DNA of 41,764 nt from an uncultured Candidatus Saccharibacteria bacterium. GTDB taxonomy: Bacteria; Patescibacteriota; Minisyncoccia; CAZCIQ01. Position 1 is the first letter of the stretch; each line of letters starts with the position of its first letter. A model generated the notes under the pieces. It made no database searches. It saw only the letters and a program-made list of their open reading frames with translations, and had not been told where the DNA came from. Positions 7,801 through 14,305 of the stretch are shown one piece after another. The stretch is taken from the NCBI GenBank assembly GCA_964499175.1, contig CAZCIQ010000002.1:1-41764 (forward strand). Direction: 5' to 3'. The position numbers and the translations under genes were made by a program.

Positions 7801-8509
7801 GGAAGGCAACAGATTAAGCAAAGGAAAATCAATTTTAAATTTTTTGTCGCTTTCTTCGGATGAAAAAATAACTTCGGTTTTGGCCGTGCCTAAAAAAGCC
7901 GAACATCAATATATAATGATGGTTACGAAAATGGGAGTGGTTAAAAAAATAGGCGCTCAAAATTTTGAAGACGTGAGAAAGTCCGGAATTTTGGCGATAA
8001 AGCTTCAAAAAGATGATTTTTTGGGATGGGCGAATCTGGTTTCTCCCGGAGACCATTTAATTTTCACGACTATGTTGGGGCAGGCTTTGCGATTTAAAGA
8101 ATCAGATGTACGAGAAATGGGGCGGCAGGCGGGAGGGGTTACGGGAATGAGATTTAAAAAGGGAGACGAGCTTATTGATGTAAACGCAATAAATTCAAAA
8201 GAAAAAGAGGCGGATCTTTTCGTGATTAGCGAGAAAGGTTTTGGTAAGAAAACAAATGTAAGAAGTTACAGGCTTCAGAGGCGCGGAGGCAAAGGGATTA
8301 AAACCGCTAAAGTCACAGCGAAAACGGGAAGGCTCGTTGCCGCCAAAATTATTTATCCGGATTATGAAGGAGCGGCGGCAATGTCAAAAAAAGGCCAGAT
8401 AATAAAAATAGCCTTGGCTCAAGTTCCTCAACTCGGACGCCAGACACAAGGAGTGCGCATAATGAGAGTTGATGAAGGCGACGGCTTAGCGTCAATCACG
8501 TGTTTTTAG
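4877..8509 (+). CDS. gyrA: DNA gyrase subunit A, interrupted by an intein
   Basis: The N-terminal extein reads [29 protein letters not shown] and [20 protein letters not shown]. The C-terminal extein reads [40 protein letters not shown] and GPDFPTGG, followed by C-terminal beta-pinwheel repeats. The ATG is at 4877, and the track start at 4871 is a TTG. Mature length after splicing would be 818 aa. Confidence 0.95.
   Translation: [1210 protein letters not shown]
5231..6406 (+). mobile_element. Intein (392 aa) with an HNH homing-endonuclease core
   Basis: It starts with Cys ([13 protein letters not shown], block A) and has TPNH as block B. It ends [24 protein letters not shown], with Ser as the +1 residue. 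The centre carries [27 protein letters not shown] (HNH) and three D/NP(D/E)YR repeats. Confidence 0.9.
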
Positions 8510-8513
8510 TTTA

Positions 8514-8540
8514 TTTTACGGGACTCCGAGTCCCGTAAAA
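8514..8540. repeat. Perfect 13-1-13 palindrome ttttacgggactc-c-gagtcccgtaaaa just after gyrA
   Basis: Read directly from the sequence. It has the same architecture as 4811-4837. Confidence 0.6.
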
Positions 8541-8574
8541 AATTTATAGTTTTAACAAGCGATTCAAAAATTTT

Positions 8575-9183
8575 ATGACTAAAAAAGATTATGTTTTAGC
8601 GGTTATTGCGGGATTTATTACGGTTATTTTTTTATTCCCTGTTTTTAAAAATATTTCTATCAGCTTGCCTTTTGGTTTGCATTACTCGGTGTTTTTTGTT
8701 GTTATCCCGGCTTTTTGGGTTTTTTTAATTTTCATTTCTTCTTTTTTGCAGAAAAAGATTTCTTTTGTTGGGCAGATTGTTAAGTTTCTAATCACCGGTT
8801 TTTTGAATACCGCGATTGATTTCGGTATATTGAATTTTTTGAGCATTGAACTTGGAGTTTATTCCGGTTTAAAAATTTTAGGCATTAACCCTATTTCTTT
8901 TATCGTGGCCGCGATAAACAGTTTTTTCTGGAATAAGTATTGGACTTTCGGCAAAATGGAAAAACCGGAAGTTAAAGAAATTTTAGGATTTATCGCGGTT
9001 GCCATAACGGCGGTTATTATAAACACCGGAATTTTGCTTTTGTTTTCAAAAATTTTAACAAATTATTTTTCTTTATCCGATGGAAGAATTTTAAATTTGG
9101 CGAAAGTTTTAGCGACCGCTATTTCTCTTTTTTGGAATTTTATCGGAATGAAAATATTCGTGTTTAATTCTAAACGGCAATAG
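8575..9183 (+). CDS. GtrA-family membrane protein
   Basis: FLITGFLNTAIDFGILNFL and FFWNKYWTF motifs. The four helices of the GtrA-like domain are preceded by two extra helices. Confidence 0.75.
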   Translation: MTKKDYVLAVIAGFITVIFLFPVFKNISISLPFGLHYSVFFVVIPAFWVFLIFISSFLQKKISFVGQIVKFLITGFLNTAIDFGILNFLSIELGVYSGLKILGINPISFIVAAINSFFWNKYWTFGKMEKPEVKEILGFIAVAITAVIINTGILLLFSKILTNYFSLSDGRILNLAKVLATAISLFWNFIGMKIFVFNSKRQ

Positions 9184-9203
9184 TTGTAATTCAAAATATC
9201 GTA

Positions 9204-9360
9204 GATTACGAAATGACCGTTTTCGCGACACACTCGCTATGTTTCCAGCGACAAGCTCGTTCTTACGCGGAAAAATTGATTTTGCGATAGAGAAATATTT
9301 TATCGCAAAATACCAAGCCAATTTTTCCGCGTACGGTCGCGAAAAGGCATTTCGTAATTC
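9204..9360. repeat. MITE-like GC-rich palindromic element, copy B
   Basis: Terminal inverted repeats are gattacgaaatgaccgttttcgcgac (9204-9229) and the complement of gtcgcgaaaaggcatttcgtaattc (9336-9360). Nested inner stems are acgcggaaaaattg/caatttttccgcgt and ttttgcgata/tatcgcaaaa. The left arm gcgacacactcgct..ccagcgacaagctcg matches copy A. Confidence 0.6.
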
Positions 9361-9370
9361 AAAGAAATGT

Positions 9371-10096
9371 CTATTTTCGTAAATCGCTTTTCTTTTCTTC
9401 AAACTCTTTTTTATCAATTTCGCCTTTTGCGTATCTTGTCTCTAAAATTTCAAGCGCCGATTTTTTAATATCGTTGCCGCCGCGAGACTCACCCATAAGC
9501 CATTTGATAAGCGCGATAATTCCCGCGATTATCAATATCCACCAGAGGATCATAAATATCCAGCCAAATCCGCCAAATGGACTAAATCCAAAATTCATCA
9601 TATTATTTGTTGAATTAAAACCGAAAGGAGACGACCTGTCCTCAGCGCCATTTACGGACCATCCTCCCATCATCATATTCATCATAGGCATAAAACCGAT
9701 TTCGCCTTCCGCAAAAGCCGCTTGAGCGTCGCATCCGGACAAACGTTTGCCCATAACGATATGAATTTGACCTTCGCCTTTTTCGCCGCGCATTTGCATC
9801 ATCATGGCGTTCATTGCGGTGTGAGAATCGCCCATCATTTGCCCCATAAAGTATTCTCCCAATACATCAAAGTCGTCATCTTTAAGCTCGCTGCAATTTA
9901 TTTGTTTTGCCTGCAGTTTTTCCCGCAGTTCTTTGCCTTCTTGCTCTTCTTTTTTAGTGTGTTCCAAAACTTCATTCCATTTAATATCGTTTGATTGAAG
10001 GCCGTTCATCATTCCTGGTATTTGGGCGTTTGCCGGAGTTATAAGAACGCTAAGAAAAAGAAATGCTGTTGAAGTAAAAATTGTGAATTTTTTCAT
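9371..10096 (-). CDS. Secreted/membrane Met-rich protein with a C-terminal SHOCT domain
   Basis: Signal peptide MKKFTIFTSTAFLFLSVLITPANA. Met/His-rich tracts (MMGDSHTAMNAMMMQM, MPMMNMMMGGW). One TM helix (WIFMILWWILIIAGIIALIKWL). The C-terminal ALEILETRYAKGEIDKKEFEEKK is SHOCT-like. Confidence 0.7.
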   Translation of the reverse strand: MKKFTIFTSTAFLFLSVLITPANAQIPGMMNGLQSNDIKWNEVLEHTKKEEQEGKELREKLQAKQINCSELKDDDFDVLGEYFMGQMMGDSHTAMNAMMMQMRGEKGEGQIHIVMGKRLSGCDAQAAFAEGEIGFMPMMNMMMGGWSVNGAEDRSSPFGFNSTNNMMNFGFSPFGGFGWIFMILWWILIIAGIIALIKWLMGESRGGNDIKKSALEILETRYAKGEIDKKEFEEKKSDLRK

Positions 10097-10128
10097 AAAT
10101 TAATTGTGCGGTTTATTTAAACCGTCTT

Positions 10129-10539
10129 TTATTTTTTTTGATTGACCTTATATAATAATAAAAACAATGCGAGCGGCGCTCCCCAATTCGCCCAACGTTC
10201 CACAAAATCCCAGACTGGCAATCCAACTATGGGACGAAGAAGCGCTGTCCAAAATCCCCAAAAAACCATCCATAAAAGCGCGGCGCGCATTGGTTTTATC
10301 AAAATAAGAATTGCGAGTGCTATATCCATTACTCCTACAATAAATAACAATTTAGTTGACAAACTTATGTCTGAAACGCCAAAATTAGCAAACCAACCGA
10401 CCCAATCTTTTTTGCCTTGCAGAGCAAAGACTCCATGCCCCGCAAATTCGCCGGCTACGGACACTCGCAAAACCCACTCCATAAGTTTTGTATTCATATA
10501 TGTGTATAATAACGCAAACAAAAAAATACCGCAAACCAT
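10129..10539 (-). CDS. Multi-pass membrane protein, unknown function
   Basis: Hydrophobic ORF. I prefer an internal ATG (10539 or 10497) because the track start at 10638 would run through the palindrome at 10601-10625 in the divergent promoter region. Confidence 0.5.
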   Translation of the reverse strand: MVCGIFLFALLYTYMNTKLMEWVLRVSVAGEFAGHGVFALQGKKDWVGWFANFGVSDISLSTKLLFIVGVMDIALAILILIKPMRAALLWMVFWGFWTALLRPIVGLPVWDFVERWANWGAPLALFLLLYKVNQKK

Positions 10540-10600
10540 TGACAAAATTATATTTTCATATATAATCTCTTTTAGAATTTTGAAATTTAAATATAGCCAA

Positions 10601-10625
10601 ACTGTGGGAGTCGGACTCCCGCAGT
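10601..10625. promoter_or_regulatory. 12-1-12 palindrome actgtgggagtc-g-gactcccgcagt in a divergent intergenic region
   Basis: One mismatch in the arms. It is a near-identical sibling of the palindrome at 33943-33967. Confidence 0.45.
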
Positions 10626-10653
10626 AAACTAAACTCAAAAAAGGAGAAAGAAG

Positions 10654-10881
10654 ATGGAGGAGGAAGAAATGGAAAAAAAAGGAAATTCTAATATTTCATC
10701 TTTTGTATTTATTGTGCTTGCGTTTATTGTTATGGCGGTCTTAAGTTTTTCTTTGGCGAGGGATAATCACGACAAAGATGTAAAAATTAATAAACTTCAG
10801 CTTAGGCTTAAACAAACCGAAAACGCTGAAGGATTTTGGGCAAACAAGGCGATAGATTGCGAGGATTTACAAAAGCGATAA
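10654..10881 (+). CDS. Small single-pass membrane protein
   Basis: A GGAG lies upstream of the ATG. One TM helix (ISSFVFIVLAFIVMAVLSF). Confidence 0.4.
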   Translation: MEEEEMEKKGNSNISSFVFIVLAFIVMAVLSFSLARDNHDKDVKINKLQLRLKQTENAEGFWANKAIDCEDLQKR

Positions 10882-10972
10882 CTTTCAAAAAAAGGGAGGA
10901 TTCGCTAATGAAAAGATTCTTAGTTTTGTCGGTGAAGAAGCATTAATAAAAAAAATAAGAAAAATTTTTACG

Positions 10973-11003
10973 ACCACATAGGTGAAACCTATGTGGTTTT
11001 TTG
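10973..11003 (+). terminator. Intrinsic terminator
   Basis: accacataggt-gaa-acctatgtggt followed by tttttgtttt. Confidence 0.65.
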
Positions 11004-11101
11004 TTTTCCACTTTTTATATTTTTGATTTGCGTTATCATTTAAAATGAAAATGTTCATTCGTTAAAAATTTAAAAACAAAACAAGAGCAGGAGGATTTGA
11101 A

Positions 11102-11512
11102 ATGGCTTTAGGGATTTTTTGGAACTCGGTTGCTGAAAGAATTTTAAAAGAGCCGTGCGTAAAGGCGGCTTTAGCCGACGAAGAATTTTTAAGATTGGCT
11201 GAAAAAGAAAAATTTGATTTTGCTTTAGCAATAGAAAAATCGGTTGATGAAGAAGTAAAAAATCATCTTAAAAACACGCGGAAAGCTTTAAAAGAATCGT
11301 TATGTAATAGAGCTTATTACACTGATTTTGTAAAACCGGACAGAGAAAGCCTTTTTGATTTAATTCCTCAAAGAGTATGCGAAGAAAATCTTGAGATAGA
11401 GGAATATTTTACCGAGAAGTGGGTTCGTTTTGAAGGCTGGAGATATTTGGGAATACAAAACGCCATTAATGGGCAGTTAGAGTATTTTAAAAAAGAAAAA
11501 GATAGCGAATAA
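11102..11512 (+). CDS. Hypothetical cytoplasmic protein (136 aa)
   Basis: AGGAGG lies 7 nt upstream of the ATG. I recognise no motif. Confidence 0.5.
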   Translation: MALGIFWNSVAERILKEPCVKAALADEEFLRLAEKEKFDFALAIEKSVDEEVKNHLKNTRKALKESLCNRAYYTDFVKPDRESLFDLIPQRVCEENLEIEEYFTEKWVRFEGWRYLGIQNAINGQLEYFKKEKDSE

Positions 11513-11551
11513 TTTTTTTGCGATAGCGATGAAGCTATAAAACAAAATATT

Positions 11552-11578
11552 CCCATCGGTTGAACCGATGGGTTTTTG
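11552..11578 (+). terminator. Intrinsic terminator
   Basis: cccatcggt-tga-accgatggg followed by tttttgtttt. Confidence 0.65.
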
Positions 11579-11660
11579 TTTTCTGTGGATAACTCTTTTT
11601 GATTTTCTATTTTTGTTCTAGTATAATAATTTTGTGGTCTAAATTAATTTCAATAAAAAC

Positions 11661-12251
11661 ATGTTAACTAAAAAACAAAAAAAAGTTATTGATTATATCC
11701 AAAAATATTTAGGAAATCACGGCTTTAGTCCGACTCATAACGAGATAAGAAAACATTTTAAACTATCCTCTGTTTCCACGGTAAATCACTATATGAAAGT
11801 TTTGGAAGAAAAAGGATACATTAAGCGAATAAAAAACGCGGCTCGTTCTGTTCAAATAGGTTTGAAAGAAGGTATGGTAAGCATTCCTTTTAAAGGATAC
11901 ATCGCGGCAGGAAAGCCGATTGAAGCTGTTGAAGAACACGAAACAATCGCAGTTCCTAAAAATTTTGTTTCTGTGTCCGGAGAAAATTTCGCGCTCGGAG
12001 TAAAAGGCGACAGCATGATAGATGAGGGTATATTTGACGGCGACACGGTGATAATAAGAAAGCAAAACGCGGTAGAGAACGGAGAAACCGCCGTCGCTTT
12101 AATAAACGGAAACGAAGTGACTCTTAAAAAAATTTACAAAGAAAAAAATCGCATCCGTCTCCAGCCCGCAAATCCAAAATTAAAACCTCTGTATGTAAAA
12201 ACGGTAATTATACAAGGCAAGGTCGTAAGCGTTTTTCGGAGTTTGGAATAA
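11661..12251 (+). CDS. lexA: LexA repressor (S24 self-cleaving peptidase)
   Basis: N-terminal winged-helix region LTKKQKKVIDYIQKY..GFSPTHNEIRKHF..STVNHYMKVLEEKGYIKR. An Ala-Gly cleavage site (YIAAGKP), the Ser motif GDSM and the Lys motif TLKK are all present. Confidence 0.9.
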   Translation: MLTKKQKKVIDYIQKYLGNHGFSPTHNEIRKHFKLSSVSTVNHYMKVLEEKGYIKRIKNAARSVQIGLKEGMVSIPFKGYIAAGKPIEAVEEHETIAVPKNFVSVSGENFALGVKGDSMIDEGIFDGDTVIIRKQNAVENGETAVALINGNEVTLKKIYKEKNRIRLQPANPKLKPLYVKTVIIQGKVVSVFRSLE

Positions 12252-12275
12252 TAACATAACTTTTTATAAATTTTT

Positions 12276-13046
12276 ATGAAATTAAATTTCAACCAACAAT
12301 TAGCAGATAATTATAAAAGTAATTCGCAAATAGCACGTGTTTTAACTGAAAACTGGGTTGATAATGAAATTTATTGCCCGAATTGCGGATTATCTAAAAT
12401 AAATAAATATCTAAACAATAATCCTGTTGGTGATTTTTATTGTTTAAATTGTAAAGAAGATTATGAATTAAAAAGCAGTAAACAGCTTTTTAGCTCAAAA
12501 GTTAATGATGGTGCATATCACACAATGCTTGAACGACTTAAAAGCATTAATAATCCGAATTTTTTCTTATTAAATTATGATTTGGTAAATTTAGAAGTAA
12601 GAAATTTTTTTGTTATACCAAAGCATTTTTTTACTCCTGAAATTATTGAGAAGCGGAATCCGCTTGCGTTAACCGCGGAACGACATGACTGGGTTGGGTG
12701 CAATATTTTGCTTAAAAACATTCCGGAAACTGGAAAAATATTTTTTGTCCGTGATAAGCAAATTAAATCGAAAGAAAAGGTGCTTGCGGAATGGCAAAAA
12801 ACACTTTTCTTACGAGAAGAAAAAGAAATGTCGGCAAAAGGATGGTTGCTTGATGTAATGCGTTGTGTTGATAAAATTAGCAAAAAAGAATTTACTCTTA
12901 ATGAAATATATGTTTTTGAAAATGAATTAAGTCGTTTGCATCCAGAAAATAAGCATATTAAAGATAAAATTAGACAACAATTGCAATTTTTACGAGATAA
13001 AGATTATTTAAAATTTACTAGTCGAGGAAATTATCAATTAACATAA
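12276..13046 (+). CDS. DpnI-family type IIM (methyl-directed) restriction endonuclease
   Basis: 256 aa with near-colinear similarity to R.DpnI as I recall it. Shared blocks are YKSNSQIARVLTENWV, YCPNCG, DFYC..C.EDYELKS (a PD-ExK core), NDGAYHTMLERL, NNPNFFLLNY and WVGCNI. The C-terminal winged helix carries NKHIKDKIRQQLQFLRDKDYL. Confidence 0.85.
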   Translation: MKLNFNQQLADNYKSNSQIARVLTENWVDNEIYCPNCGLSKINKYLNNNPVGDFYCLNCKEDYELKSSKQLFSSKVNDGAYHTMLERLKSINNPNFFLLNYDLVNLEVRNFFVIPKHFFTPEIIEKRNPLALTAERHDWVGCNILLKNIPETGKIFFVRDKQIKSKEKVLAEWQKTLFLREEKEMSAKGWLLDVMRCVDKISKKEFTLNEIYVFENELSRLHPENKHIKDKIRQQLQFLRDKDYLKFTSRGNYQLT

Positions 13047-13050
13047 AAAT

Positions 13051-13272
13051 ATGGAAATTAAAATTTTACCATTTTTTGCAAAATTAATTTTACGAATCAA
13101 TCCGTTTTGTAGAGTGTTAGTAATGTGTAAAGGATATAGCGAAGATTATGAAAATTTTACCGAGCTTGTTTGGGAAGATGATAAATATTTAGATTTTTAT
13201 GACCGAGAAACATATCCCGAATTTCAATTATGGATAGTGGAAAAAATAAAAAGCATTGACAGAAAATCGTAA
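13051..13272 (+). CDS. Small hypothetical protein, acidic C-terminal two-thirds
   Basis: It starts 4 nt after the DpnI-like stop. An alternative internal start at MCKGYSEDY would give a 49-aa, net-acidic product by my count. Confidence 0.35.
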   Translation: MEIKILPFFAKLILRINPFCRVLVMCKGYSEDYENFTELVWEDDKYLDFYDRETYPEFQLWIVEKIKSIDRKS

Positions 13273-13369
13273 AAATATAAAAAAGAATATGTTTTGTGTG
13301 TAAATAAGTTTAGTAAAAAAGATTTTTGAGACTGCGAGTTAAAAATTATTAAATAATTAGTGAGAAAAT

Positions 13370-13582
13370 ATGACTAAAAATCAATTACAAAAAGAGTGGA
13401 AGAAAGTTATTAAAGAAATTCACGGCGCGCCAAAATGTGAAGTCCCCTATCCCAAACAAGCGGTTTTCGCGAGAGAATTGCTTTTATTCGCGCAAGTTTA
13501 TTTAAGTAAGATAAAAAATAAAGAAAACATTTTATTCAACAGCGAATTATATCAAAAAATTATGAAGGAATTTTATCGGTAA
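13370..13582 (+). CDS. Small hypothetical protein (70 aa)
   Basis: ORF only; no recognised motif. Confidence 0.4.
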   Translation: MTKNQLQKEWKKVIKEIHGAPKCEVPYPKQAVFARELLLFAQVYLSKIKNKENILFNSELYQKIMKEFYR

Positions 13583-13614
13583 AAAAATGTTTTTAAACTT
13601 GTGAAATAAAAATA

Positions 13615-14196
13615 ATGATAATTGAAATAATTAAATCTTTAATTAATGGTAGTGTTATCTCTTTAATAACGATTTATCTATCAAAATATTTGATTGATAG
13701 ATTTTTTGTTCGTGATTTAGAAAAGTTAAAATCAGAATTAGCAAAGGATCTAATTAGACATAAAACTCAATTTGAAAAATTACATATTGAACGAGCTGAA
13801 ATTATCAAAGACATATATTTTACTTTTCAGGATATAACAAACACCTTATTTCATTTTTATAATAAAATTGATGGAGCATACAAAGGTTATAATGAGATGC
13901 CTTTTGACAACCTTTATTCAGATTATGATCAGGTGGTAGTTGAATTTCGTAGGAAGATTGAGAAAAATGCGATATTTTTTAACAATGATTTGGTTGAAAA
14001 AATGAAAAAAATTACTTTTGAATTACAGCACGGTCCTTCTTCGGCACATGTAGCAAGTCATAAAGTAACTTCTGAGGAAGAAATTAAATTTAAATTAGAG
14101 GAAGCTAAAAAATTAAGGAATCTAATTAGTGGTGAAATATTAAAACCATTAGCAGATGAGTTTAGAAAAATATTAGGCATTGATTTGTCTAAATGA
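13615..14196 (+). CDS. Hypothetical protein with an N-terminal TM helix and a helical cytoplasmic domain (193 aa)
   Basis: N-terminal helix IIEIIKSLINGSVISLITIYL. The rest is predicted helical or coiled-coil. No recognised motif. Confidence 0.5.
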   Translation: MIIEIIKSLINGSVISLITIYLSKYLIDRFFVRDLEKLKSELAKDLIRHKTQFEKLHIERAEIIKDIYFTFQDITNTLFHFYNKIDGAYKGYNEMPFDNLYSDYDQVVVEFRRKIEKNAIFFNNDLVEKMKKITFELQHGPSSAHVASHKVTSEEEIKFKLEEAKKLRNLISGEILKPLADEFRKILGIDLSK

Positions 14197-14252
14197 TAAA
14201 AATAAGTAAAATTTGCCAAAAATGCTTAAATATGAAGAAAATAAGCCAAAAT

Positions 14253-14305
14253 AAAAAAGCCCCGCTGCGGGACAAAACCCGCATGGGAGCTCTTTCATAG
14301 TGATA
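14253..14305 (-). ncRNA. Candidate short minus-strand transcript (sRNA or tiny hydrophobic ORF); extent approximate
   Basis: The minus strand has TTGACT-N16-TATACT (complement of 14334-14339 and 14312-14317). About 40 nt downstream lies GUCCC-GCAGC-GGGGC plus UUUUUU (complement of 14253-14273). A competing hairpin GCGGG-UUUUGU-CCCGC lies at 14267-14282. Confidence 0.25.

Noticed and set aside
9109-9417. 102-aa minus-strand ORF
   Set aside because: It runs through the palindromic repeat at 9204-9360 and overlaps the ends of two well-supported genes, so it is most likely spurious.
11580-11660. LexA operator (SOS box) upstream of lexA
   Set aside because: I found no convincing GAAC-N4-GTTC or CTGT-N8-ACAG dyad. 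There is only a lone GTTC next to a TATAAT and two TGTGG direct repeats, which is not enough to call.
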